From NCBI GenBank assembly GCA_963706285.1, contig CAVPLU010000012.1, forward strand, positions 1 through 64,000: a DNA stretch of 64,000 nucleotides. The letters are read 5' to 3'. Both the position numbers and the translations under genes were made by a program. Below, one piece after another: positions 38,764 to 48,100 of the stretch. The notes beneath the pieces are model-generated. The model did no database searches. It saw nothing but the letters and a program-made list of their open reading frames with translations, and was not told the origin of the DNA. The stretch is from Candidatus Bathyarchaeota archaeon (lineage in GTDB: Archaea; Thermoproteota; Bathyarchaeia; 40CM-2-53-6). Positions within the stretch are counted from its first letter, which is position 1. Each line of letters opens with the position of its first letter.

Positions 38764-40776
38764 CTACTGGTACTTTTGACAGGCGGAGCAGTACCATCTG
38801 CTATACTGGCTAATCCAGGTCAGCGGCTTCCCGCATGTCGCACAATAATTAGCACTTTGAGGCTGCACAGGCATCATCGAGGATGCGCGTTTTCCTCTTC
38901 TTCGAAGCAACAGCCAAGCAACAAGTACACCTAGAATGAAGCTGCCAATTACCTCTATGACTGTCAAGACCCCGGCAGGTATGAAGCCGCCTGCAGCAGC
39001 GTTTGCGTTTGCAGCCGACTGTAATGCGTCGACTCCATCGTTCACCGCTTGTAGGTAATTCATCGTGGAGTACGCTTTCTCTGCGCTGTCAGCCTTCGAT
39101 CTCGCTGCCGATAGGTCTCCTTCGTTGATCAGCACAGATGGTGTCTCAGAGAGCAGTTGGGCTGTCTCGCGGAGCAAAAGATCCGCCTGACCACGTACTA
39201 ATGTGTCTCGGTCAAAGATGCTGAAACCATTCTCGTATGGATAGTATGCCATAACTGACGCGACGAAGTTCTCAGTTGGATCGAACGAAAAGGGATGCAT
39301 CAGGCCCACCATGTGGCCGACCTCATGAATCACGGTATTGGTGAACCCAAAACCCTTGCCGGGTTGTGCCGGGTCTGAGTAGTCGCCTCTCTTGAAGTCG
39401 TATGTGGCGTGACTGATCAGAACAAGATCATAGAGCGCGACGCCCCAGATCGTTCTATCAAAGTCCACCTCCTTTCCTATCATCTCTTTGTAGGTGAAAC
39501 CAAACTCATACTGACCGGAAAAGGCGAACGCGAACACAGGAATATCGTACTCTGTCGCGTCTCGCGTAACTTGCATGAAATCGTTGATGTGTCCCTGTCC
39601 GCTCTCGCTCAACCATTCATAGACCGGGCGAGCATCAACGGCGGGCGTACCTGGTGGCGAGCCGTAATATACGGGGCTCCGTGAGTTCACGATTATCTGC
39701 TGAAGCTCTGGGTAGTCGCTTACGCGTGCGTACTTTGTCTCTGCTGTCACAGTAGCCCAGGGGAGTAGCGCCTGCCATTCTTTGACGGCCGTTTCTTGGT
39801 CGAAAGTCTTGGTGATCGGTGGATCAGTGGTGTCGGTTCGATTATCGAGGACCACGGTTTTGATCTTGTATGAAGATGCGTAGCTAATGGGGTAGACGAA
39901 GTCTGGTGCAAAGATGTTAGGAACTGCCCCTGAAATGTAGTCTCCAACAAATTGGTTTAGCCAAAGTTTACCGTAGGCCGTGGAAAGATCGACCCCGTTT
40001 AAGCCATATGCAAGTTGAATTGGCAGCTGTTCAGCTGTCTGTTCGGGTCCGGCTGAAAGGTCAGCGTAGAAGAGTCTTGAATGACCGCCCCAAGCGGTCA
40101 TGTATCTTCGGTTCAGCTGGATTCCAAGGTCGCCGTCTGCGTAGGTCTTGTTGTAGAAGTGACTCGTGAACTGAACATCTTTTCCTTGCAGCGCGAGTTT
40201 GTACTGGCTGAGCGTTGTGGATGGCAGACGAGTTGATAGGTCTGCGAGCACAAGCACGTACCCGTTTTCGGGTAGGCCGCCAAAGTCTGATTGGTGTTGA
40301 ACTAGCCACGTCTCGACATTATCGGCTGGATAGTACGTGTTGGCGCTTTGCACGGGGAAGTGCGTGTAGTTCAGAAAGTGACCAGTTCCGAGGGGGCCTT
40401 TGATTTCCGAGTAAGAGATATTCCAAATGACGTTCTGGCGAGTCTCTTTCTTCGCATTGGATTGTAGAAACTGCACGAAATCGTTAAGGAAGGATCCGCT
40501 AGGAAAAACATACTCATAGTTCAGAAAATAGAAGGTGTTTGTACTAATTCCGGGTATCTGCATTAGCTGATACCGGGTCGAAGGAGAATTCCAGGTCAGA
40601 TAGTTCTCGTCAATCAAGTTCTGATCGAATCCAAGCAGCACGACCTTAATGTCCAGCGAGGCGGTTCGTGTTGCTAGAGGACTAGTAGAGTTCTGTTGTG
40701 CGGCTGAGACATTTGCGATCGGATAAGACGATGCAAAAAGAATGACCATAACCAAAAGTAGACTTTTTGCTTTCAA
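38764..40776 (-). CDS. Secreted, membrane-anchored zinc metallopeptidase with cytoplasmic Zn ribbon
   Basis: Signal peptide; HEVGHMVGLMH plus Met-turn SVMAY; C-terminal TM; CATCGKPLTWISQYSRWYCSAC tail. Confidence 0.85.
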   Translation of the reverse strand: MKAKSLLLVMVILFASSYPIANVSAAQQNSTSPLATRTASLDIKVVLLGFDQNLIDENYLTWNSPSTRYQLMQIPGISTNTFYFLNYEYVFPSGSFLNDFVQFLQSNAKKETRQNVIWNISYSEIKGPLGTGHFLNYTHFPVQSANTYYPADNVETWLVQHQSDFGGLPENGYVLVLADLSTRLPSTTLSQYKLALQGKDVQFTSHFYNKTYADGDLGIQLNRRYMTAWGGHSRLFYADLSAGPEQTAEQLPIQLAYGLNGVDLSTAYGKLWLNQFVGDYISGAVPNIFAPDFVYPISYASSYKIKTVVLDNRTDTTDPPITKTFDQETAVKEWQALLPWATVTAETKYARVSDYPELQQIIVNSRSPVYYGSPPGTPAVDARPVYEWLSESGQGHINDFMQVTRDATEYDIPVFAFAFSGQYEFGFTYKEMIGKEVDFDRTIWGVALYDLVLISHATYDFKRGDYSDPAQPGKGFGFTNTVIHEVGHMVGLMHPFSFDPTENFVASVMAYYPYENGFSIFDRDTLVRGQADLLLRETAQLLSETPSVLINEGDLSAARSKADSAEKAYSTMNYLQAVNDGVDALQSAANANAAAGGFIPAGVLTVIEVIGSFILGVLVAWLLLRRRGKRASSMMPVQPQSANYCATCGKPLTWISQYSRWYCSACQKYQ

Positions 40777-40857
40777 GAGGAGTCATTTACAAGGGAGCAG
40801 TTCCAGCTAATAAATCGCATCTAGCTCGTTCAGCTAATGAACTACATCTGGATCGTT

Positions 40858-42084
40858 TCATAATCCCTGCTCGATCATTGGTGCCGTGTGAGATCCGTAT
40901 GGAACTAGTGCAATCTTTGCCTCTTTTCCAGCATGTCGGATCGCTCGCTCCAAGGCGCTTCTCACGCTTTTTGCGTCAAGGAGTCCATACAATGAGGCTT
41001 GGTGCTCAGGCAATGTGGAGACTAGGTACACCCGGTGGTCACTTGAGACCCTCCTCAGAGAATGCTCCAGCAAAATATCAAGTGAGAAGAACTTTCGGGC
41101 GTGAGCTAGTCGAGCCTTTGACTCGACACCTCCAAGCCCGCCTGACGGGAATCCACCTAACCCTCCTGAACATTCGGCGACTAGGATCACTATGCCATGG
41201 TCTTTGCAGATATTCGCAGCCACGAGGGCGCTCGGAGAGGCTTCAAAGAGCGAGCGGTCCCACGGAGCACCACCAGCACTCGAAATCACAATGTCCGCCT
41301 TGCGACGCAACGATGGCCTGAACAGCTTTCCGGCCAGAGCACAAGCCTGCTCGAATGTTCCCATGAAATCACCTGCAAACGCCCCTGCGAGTCTGCCATC
41401 TGGATTCTCCACAAGGTGAACTGCAAAGTCAATTCGCGCTGTCTGCGACGCACGAAAGAGTGTTTCATACGTTGGGTTTCCGGATAGTATCCCGGGTAGC
41501 CTCTCACCTTTCAAGCACGGAGTAAGGCATGTCTTGATCGTTTTTTCTGACGCAAGTCCCGGCACCACAGAGCTCGGTCCACCGCTGTACCCCCAGAACG
41601 GATTTATGGAAACATCCGAGATTACGCATCGCACGTCAGCGTTTGCAAACGTTTCGTTGAGCAATATCTCGCTGCCATCGTCCAGTTGTCCAACTTTGGC
41701 AGCCTGGGAACCTCTAGCGTCATGTCTGGTCGGCATATGGAGGGGCTGTATGCTGCCATCAGTACGCATTGCACCTGACAATGGTATCGTCGGGTCCCAC
41801 GCTTCTTCAAGCAACTCAAAATTCTCAAGACCCTGATCCGAGAGTTGCATCGCTAGCAGATTTGCGGCTGAGGTGCATGTACCAGATTTCCCTTGGAAGG
41901 CGATGACAATCCTCTTTGCTTGACGGGCAGCCTCAAGCAGGTTCTTCCCGGCTAAGGCAGTCGACACTACATCTTCAAGACGATTGCTTGTTGACTCCAC
42001 AAGAGGCCCTAGGAAACCAAGCAGGTTCTCATCCTGCACAGCCACCGCGACATCCGTCGCTCCATAGGGCAACCAGAACTCCAA
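40858..42084 (-). CDS. LarA (lactate racemase)-family protein lacking canonical catalytic residues
   Basis: LPYG N-terminus, GYSGG..SVVPG.A, ADIVI.S.GG.P.D, IL.AEC..G.G, I.LVPYG. Confidence 0.8.
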   Translation of the reverse strand: MEFWLPYGATDVAVAVQDENLLGFLGPLVESTSNRLEDVVSTALAGKNLLEAARQAKRIVIAFQGKSGTCTSAANLLAMQLSDQGLENFELLEEAWDPTIPLSGAMRTDGSIQPLHMPTRHDARGSQAAKVGQLDDGSEILLNETFANADVRCVISDVSINPFWGYSGGPSSVVPGLASEKTIKTCLTPCLKGERLPGILSGNPTYETLFRASQTARIDFAVHLVENPDGRLAGAFAGDFMGTFEQACALAGKLFRPSLRRKADIVISSAGGAPWDRSLFEASPSALVAANICKDHGIVILVAECSGGLGGFPSGGLGGVESKARLAHARKFFSLDILLEHSLRRVSSDHRVYLVSTLPEHQASLYGLLDAKSVRSALERAIRHAGKEAKIALVPYGSHTAPMIEQGL

Positions 42085-42191
42085 GTCGCATCAACTGATC
42101 AGGCATTGAACATGCATTGACGAGTCGCGAGCACTGAGCCACGACAGAACTAATTAAAGCACCGCACCAATAGCGCTATGGGCGCAGACAC

Positions 42192-42839
42192 GTGGTGGCT
42201 CGATTGCGAAAAAGAAAAGCCCGAGCTCCGGCTCGGCGCGACCTCGAAGCCGAGCTTTCGCAGATCCTAGTCAAGACCGGTGCAACAAAGTTCGGTCTTT
42301 TCAAATTGTCCAGCGGAAAGCTAAGCCCATACTATATCGATCTCAGAATGATACCAGGAGATCCCACGGGGCTTCGTACTGTTATTGAAATCTACGAGAT
42401 GATGGTCAAATCGAAGATACGGCTCACCTCTTTTGATAGAATCGCCGGAGTGCCGACTGCTGGTGTACCATATGCTTCGATCCTCGCTTATCGACTTGCG
42501 AAACCTTTCCTCTATGTGAGAAGAGAGGCAAAGACGCATGGTGGACAGAGAAGAATCGAGGGCCAACTACTTCCCGGCGAGCGCGTCGTATTGGTTGACG
42601 ATTTGATAACAACGGGTAAGAACACGCTGGAGGCAGCAGAAGCTGTTCGTGCGGAGGGCGGGCAGGTCCAACACGCAATCGTACTAATCGACCGACAAGA
42701 GGGAGGGAAGGCGGCGCTTGCGGAAGCAGGATTGAAGTTGTATGCATATACAGATGTCACGAGGATCGCTCGTCGATTGCGAGACTCTGGGGTCATCGAG
42801 GAAGATCAGTACAAAGCGATTCTAGCGCAAATTGGGTAA
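42192..42839 (+). CDS. pyrE: Orotate phosphoribosyltransferase
   Basis: KFG.FKLSSGK.SPYYIDLR, RREAK.HG, VLVDDLITTG PRPP motif, IDRQEGG. Confidence 0.96.
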   Translation: MVARLRKRKARAPARRDLEAELSQILVKTGATKFGLFKLSSGKLSPYYIDLRMIPGDPTGLRTVIEIYEMMVKSKIRLTSFDRIAGVPTAGVPYASILAYRLAKPFLYVRREAKTHGGQRRIEGQLLPGERVVLVDDLITTGKNTLEAAEAVRAEGGQVQHAIVLIDRQEGGKAALAEAGLKLYAYTDVTRIARRLRDSGVIEEDQYKAILAQIG

Positions 42840-43050
42840 GTATATGTTCAGATATCCCTACACGTAGCTGAAACCTTACACAATTCGGTTTCCGCCTCCC
42901 TTGGAAGACAAGAGAACATCGGACAGATTGTCTGCAGTGGTGCACCATTCCAGCTGAATAGCAGGCCCATTCGTCACTGAAGACTAATCCTCTTGGTAAC
43001 GGAATGTCGATGTGCCCTGGCCTTCACCGTTCTATGTGTCGGCTTAGACG

Positions 43051-43206
43051 ATGGAGGCTACTGTCAAGTCCAGACCGTGCTGCCCTGAATGTGGCTCAAG
43101 TGATACGCTACAGGACAGTGTGGATTTGTTCAGGTGCTACTCCTGCGGTCACGTCTGGACAAGCGATCTAAGTTTCGGTTCCTTGACACCTAGCGCTCTA
43201 GATTGA
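43051..43206 (+). CDS. Small Zn-ribbon protein, 51 aa (paralog of 6584-6784)
   Basis: Manual translation MEATVKSRPCCPECGSSDTLQDSVDLFRCYSCGHVWTSDLSFGSLTPSALD; below the ORF-track cutoff. Confidence 0.72.
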   Translation: MEATVKSRPCCPECGSSDTLQDSVDLFRCYSCGHVWTSDLSFGSLTPSALD

Positions 43207-43353
43207 CTGTCTGTTTCTTGCTCTTGCTGCTCGATCGTCTTGACTCCGCCTGGGCTCACGGCAGGAAGGAACATCTGTCATCCGGGTTTTCCAGCAAAGT
43301 GTATTATTCTTCAGAGCAGCAAGTGTCAGCTATCTGGGACGTGAGCTCGGGTC

Positions 43354-44034
43354 ATGCGCACCTTCAGGCCTCTTGTCGTTTCGATTCTGGCTATTGCCTT
43401 GTTGTCACCTGCCTTCTCTACAGCTCAAGGTAACAACATCATATTCAGCCAACTGGTACCGCTGAACAGCCAAGCCGGTGTAGCCGATGTGGGACCCATC
43501 GACAGCCCTTCTATCAGACCGACAGGCCTTTCTCTCAAACTGATTCTTACCATCTCAGCTACGGTCGAACCCAAAACCTACTCTATGGAGCTTGAATGTC
43601 CTTTTTGCGAGATAGCAGCTCTATCGGCGGACATGACGATAGTGGGTGAGAAGCACATATCTTCGGACACTTGGAACTTCAAGGATGGCCCCTATGTCAA
43701 GGAGTACATCGTGGAACTAAAGGCCACAAACACAGATATGACTCTGACAGTCTATCTCGATTCCGTTAGATTCAGTGGCATCACCAAGGATGGAATCCTC
43801 GCAAATCTCGAAGTTCTCGTCTACGATATGGCAAACTCCACCGCCCAGACGGTGACCCAAAGTACCGCCGCGGTCCAGACAACCAAACAACTCATTCCCG
43901 GCTTCACCGCTGCTCCAGAATCAATCATTCTTGGCCTGGCAATAGGACTAACAGTCTTAGCCGTCTTTGGAATTGTTGTAGGCGTGAAGCGTAACCGTGC
44001 TCACTCGTCTGCGCCAGTACCGAAACTAATGTAA
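43354..44034 (+). CDS. Secreted protein with Thr-rich linker and PGF-CTERM-like anchor
   Basis: Signal peptide; STAQTVTQST linker; IPGF...ESIILGLAIG TM + KRNR. Confidence 0.75.
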   Translation: MRTFRPLVVSILAIALLSPAFSTAQGNNIIFSQLVPLNSQAGVADVGPIDSPSIRPTGLSLKLILTISATVEPKTYSMELECPFCEIAALSADMTIVGEKHISSDTWNFKDGPYVKEYIVELKATNTDMTLTVYLDSVRFSGITKDGILANLEVLVYDMANSTAQTVTQSTAAVQTTKQLIPGFTAAPESIILGLAIGLTVLAVFGIVVGVKRNRAHSSAPVPKLM

Positions 44035-44221
44035 AGGTCCCTGATGTTCGCCAAAATTCATTATGTGTGATCGTTTTGGGCTAATCTCGCCTCACGCATG
44101 CTCCTTCTGAGATACGCGAGATGAGGAGCTCTCGAATGGTCGATGTGTGGATTTCCCGCTGCGCCCACGGTGGACGCCGTGCCAGTGACTTAACATCTTT
44201 CTCTGAAATACGTCAATCAGG

Positions 44222-44602
44222 CTAGAATGGCACCTGGCATCCGCAACCTCGGCCTGGAATTCCTAGCTCCCGAAACATGCGGGAATCTCCTCCATACATA
44301 TTCTGAACTCTCTCGAGAGGAGGCTGATACATGTACTTCTGCCGTGGAGGTTGATATTCGTAGGTCTGAGCTGGAGGCTGATACCAGTACATCTGGGGAG
44401 GAGGTTGATAGGTGCATGTCTGAGTTGGGGGCTGATAGACGCGCTTCTCAGATGGAGGCTTGTAGGTGTATTCCTGCGGACGTGGCTGATAGTAGATTTC
44501 GGGCGGTTGAGGGGCTAGACGCTGCTCGGCCGTGTAGCATCGCTGTGGCACATAGACGGTGTATGCAACCGGTGGTCTCGGAACATAGTAGTATGACATC
44601 AC
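44222..44602 (-). CDS. Tyr/Pro/Gln-rich repeat protein
   Basis: Six to seven 9-aa units Q.Y.YQPP.; nucleotide variation preserves YQPP in this frame. Confidence 0.6.
   Translation of the reverse strand: MMSYYYVPRPPVAYTVYVPQRCYTAEQRLAPQPPEIYYQPRPQEYTYKPPSEKRVYQPPTQTCTYQPPPQMYWYQPPAQTYEYQPPRQKYMYQPPLERVQNMYGGDSRMFRELGIPGRGCGCQVPF
44319..44480. repeat. Six degenerate 27-bp tandem repeats (coding)
   Basis: Units start GGAGG(C/T)TGATA or variants at 44319, 44346, 44373, 44400, 44427, 44454. Confidence 0.85.
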
Positions 44603-44773
44603 TAAGTCGTTGAAGAGTAGACAAGGGAAGAAGGATAAACGTTACGCCACACCATGCAGTATTCACGGCAATATTTCGACCTGGAATTGCACGAAGATTT
44701 GCCGTTCATTTGAACACGCTAACGTCAATGGCCTGACAGATCCAAGTCTTGGCTCTTGCGCTGACTGAAATCT

Positions 44774-45286
44774 ATGATTGAACTGAGGAGGATCCTACAC
44801 ACGCTATTATGGAAGGACGATACATCTACCGACAATCTTCCAGGTGCAGCAACTGTGAGGAGAAATATCGTCGGTCTCGTAGTTGTCTGCACAATATTCC
44901 TGTGGGCAGCCTTCCCCATATTCATTCGGAGTTCTGATTTCGTTCTCGTATTGACTGTAACCCCCAGCGTGAACACTGAGTGTGTCACCGAGTCAGCGTG
45001 CTACAAATTACAGTTGGAGAACCGTGGGCTTTGGCCTGTCACAATCGCCATAGCAGAACTGCAGGTATATCCTTCTCTAATCGGTCCGAGTTTGAATGTG
45101 AACTGGCTGGGGCCTGCGCCTGATAAGACGCTGTTTCTTGTGCCATTCACAGGGTTGTCGTACACTTTCTCAATCAAGATTATGGGAGGCCTGCAGCCTC
45201 CAGATACGGTCTACGTGATTCTGACCGCAAACGTGACGGTCCTCTTTGTGACTCAGCATGCAGTCTTGCACAGCGGCAAACGCTAG
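44774..45286 (+). CDS. Hypothetical membrane-anchored protein
   Basis: One TM followed by a beta-rich domain. Confidence 0.6.
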   Translation: MIELRRILHTLLWKDDTSTDNLPGAATVRRNIVGLVVVCTIFLWAAFPIFIRSSDFVLVLTVTPSVNTECVTESACYKLQLENRGLWPVTIAIAELQVYPSLIGPSLNVNWLGPAPDKTLFLVPFTGLSYTFSIKIMGGLQPPDTVYVILTANVTVLFVTQHAVLHSGKR

Positions 45287-45313
45287 CACGAGAACCGATG
45301 TGATTCCTCGCCT

Positions 45314-46328
45314 CTATTCGCGTCTGAAAGAGCGAATGAGGTTTGAGGCAGCAGTGTAGGGATCAATCGCTCGGTTTGCAACCTGCTTTTCATATTCCGT
45401 AAAAGCCTGACTTCTTCGCAGATCGGGAATGAATTCGAGTTCTAGTTCCTGTTCAATAGCAGCCAGAAGTTGAGCCTCGCCGTCCATGAGCCCGCCCCTA
45501 GTGAGATGATATTTGGCAACGTATGCTTGATGCTCACGGATAGCGGCAACTCAACTCGAGAATTCCGCTAGGTTTGAGAGAATCTGTGAGAATCACTTGA
45601 GGCTGCCATGTTCGTTCAGAGCCGTAGGTTTGAAGCATGCCTCTGATGTCGAGAAGCGTTCTGTTTGCGCCTGGCAGGTCCGCCTTGTTTACAACGATTA
45701 TGTCTCCAATCTCCATGAGACCAGCCTTGAATGCTTGTATCTCATCTCCCCATCCAGGAGACAAAACAACCACAACAGTCTGGGCTAGTTTCATTATTTC
45801 CAAGTCTGTCTGACCTGCACCAGCAGTCTCTACTACGATATGATCCCAAGAAGCAGCGTCAAGTATGCTCACAACGTCTGCAGCTGCACGGCAAAGTCCA
45901 CCCACAGCGCCACGCGTTGCCATGCTTCTAATGAACACTCTGGGGTCTTCCGTTAGATCTCTCATCCTTATTCTGTCGCCCAATAGTGCCCCACCTGAGA
46001 AAGTGCTGCTTGGGTCGATGGCAACAACAGCGATTTTCTTCCCCTCGGCACTAACTCGTCTGGCCAAAGCTGCGATGAGGCTGCTCTTTCCGGAGCCTGG
46101 GGGTCCAGTGACTCCGACGACGGACGCCCGGCCAGTCTGTTGGAATAGTTTCCCAATCACGTGTTTTGCCGCGCTTCGATCGTTCTCAACTCTCGATATC
46201 AAACGCGAAAGTGACCTGCGGTTGCCGTGTGTTGTTTCTGCTATGAGTTCGTCCAGATCTTGTTCCCTTGACGAGTCCACTGTGGTCACGATACCTAGAG
46301 AGTTTATCCCATCCTCTGATCGAGACAC
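45314..46328 (-). CDS. meaB: MeaB/ArgK acyl-CoA mutase-associated GTPase, +1 frameshift near 45551
   Basis: GVTGPPGSGKS, AIDPSS.FSGGALLGDRIRM, FIRSMATRG, ET.G.GQ, KAGLMEIGD, NKAD; alternate frame ends IDPYTAA..TAG 45314. Confidence 0.93.
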
Positions 46329-46331
46329 TGT

Positions 46332-47918
46332 CTAGAACGATACTTTTGGTTTGTACTCCCCGAAGGCTTCCATCAGAACGCCACTAATTTCCCCGTTTGT
46401 TGCTCCTGATTTCACGGCATTCAGTATGCTTGGCATCAGATTCGCGGGAGTGGCAGCATTGGATTTCAAAACCTGCAGCGTGTCTTCGACTCTGTGCGTG
46501 TTTCTTGAGCTCTTGTACTTTCGAAGTCTCTCGAGTTGTCTAGCCTCTGCTTCCGGATCGACTCGATGGATCTTGAACCTTAGATCTTCCATTTCAGTGA
46601 ACTTGTTTACGCCTACAACGGTCTTGTCGCCGCCATCTTGACGCAGTTTTGCGTCATACGCGCTGTGCCTGATTTCGTCTTGCATGTACCCGGATTCGAT
46701 CGCTGCTAGGGCACCCCCCATGGCATCGATCTTCTTGAACTCCTGATTCACTCTCTTTTCAATCTCATCGGTCAAGTATTCGACGTAGTATGATCCCCCA
46801 AGAGGATCGACCGTTCTTATGACTCCCGACTCATGTGCCAAGATCTGTTGAGTTCTCAGTGCCACCTTCACGGCCTCTTCTGTAGGCAGGCATAGAGCCT
46901 CGTCGTATGAGTTGGTGTGAAGCGACTGCGTCCCCCCAAGCACCGCGGCAAGAGACTGCAGCGTGACTCTTACGATGTTATTGTGAGGTTGCCTCGCGGT
47001 CAGGCTCTCTCCGCTCGTCTGAGTGTGGAATCTCAACATCCATGATTCTTTTGCCTGAGCATTGAACATCTCTTTCATGATTTTGGCCCAGATGCGTCTG
47101 GCAGCCCGAAACTTCGCAACCTCCTCAAAAAGATCGTTCTGACATGCGAAGAAAAATGATAGACGAGGTGCGAAAGAATCCACGGTCATGCCTCTTTCTA
47201 GGCATGTCTTCACGTACTCGATGGCATTTGCGAATGTGAACGCGAGTTCTTGGATAGCATTTGCTCCGGCTTCGCGGATATGGTACCCGCTGATACTAAT
47301 CGGGTACCATTTCGGAACTTGTTTCGCACAGTAGTCTATGAGATCTGCACAAAGTCTGAGAGAGGCTTTTGGAGGGTAGATGTACGTGTTCCTCGCAACG
47401 TATTCCTTCAGAATGTCGTTCTGAGTGGTTCCCCTCAGAAGCTCAGGCAAAACACCCCTCTCCTGGGCGACTGCCACATACATTGCCAAGAGTGTCGTCG
47501 CTGTCGAGTTAATCGTCATCGAGGTACTTACTTTGTCAAGGGGAATGTCTTCGAGTAGGGTGCGCATGTCATCAATTGTGCTGATCGGAACTCCGACCTT
47601 GCCTACTTCCCCCTGCGCTCGGGTGCTGTCGGCGTCAAGCCCAAGCTGGGTAGGGAGATCGAATGCGACACTCAATCCTGTCTGTCCATGCTGTAGCAGG
47701 TACCTGAATCGCTCATTGGTCTCCTCAGCGCTGCCGAAACCACTGTACTGCCTCATGGTCCAGACTCTTTCCCTATACATAGTGGAGTAGATTCCGCGAG
47801 TGAAGGGATACATTCCCGGCTTGAAATCGGGGCCACCTTCCGAAGGAGGCGGAGTTCCCGAGTAGATTACATCGACCGGGATTCCGGAGTCTGTACGCAT
47901 CTCTTTTGCTAGACCCAT
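46332..47918 (-). CDS. Methylmalonyl-CoA mutase large subunit (MCM-type)
   Basis: WTMRQYSGFG (Tyr determinant), DLPTQ.G, QNDILKEY.AR (Arg determinant), SISGYH, HTQTSG, DPLGGSY. Confidence 0.93.
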   Translation of the reverse strand: MGLAKEMRTDSGIPVDVIYSGTPPPSEGGPDFKPGMYPFTRGIYSTMYRERVWTMRQYSGFGSAEETNERFRYLLQHGQTGLSVAFDLPTQLGLDADSTRAQGEVGKVGVPISTIDDMRTLLEDIPLDKVSTSMTINSTATTLLAMYVAVAQERGVLPELLRGTTQNDILKEYVARNTYIYPPKASLRLCADLIDYCAKQVPKWYPISISGYHIREAGANAIQELAFTFANAIEYVKTCLERGMTVDSFAPRLSFFFACQNDLFEEVAKFRAARRIWAKIMKEMFNAQAKESWMLRFHTQTSGESLTARQPHNNIVRVTLQSLAAVLGGTQSLHTNSYDEALCLPTEEAVKVALRTQQILAHESGVIRTVDPLGGSYYVEYLTDEIEKRVNQEFKKIDAMGGALAAIESGYMQDEIRHSAYDAKLRQDGGDKTVVGVNKFTEMEDLRFKIHRVDPEAEARQLERLRKYKSSRNTHRVEDTLQVLKSNAATPANLMPSILNAVKSGATNGEISGVLMEAFGEYKPKVSF

Positions 47919-48100
47919 CCTTCTCCAGCACACTGCCTTGACATGCGATGTCGAGGAGACAGCTAGAAAAAGCGCTTATAGCTTATGCGCTAGACTTGGA
48001 ACTTGGAGGCAAATGCACCGCAATGTCTCCGACCGAGAAAATGAACTTCTGGAAAACCACTCTGAAGCAGCTGAAAGCGAAACGAAAGGCAAGGTCTCCA

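Noticed and set aside
44319-44480. Regularly spaced repeats resembling a CRISPR array
   Set aside because: The 27-bp period, short degenerate conserved part and codon-type variation indicate a coding repeat; no cas genes are present.
47948-48100. N-terminal extension of the second mutase
   Set aside because: Not mutase-like, and it would leave only ~30 bp for two divergent promoters; a later start is more plausible.
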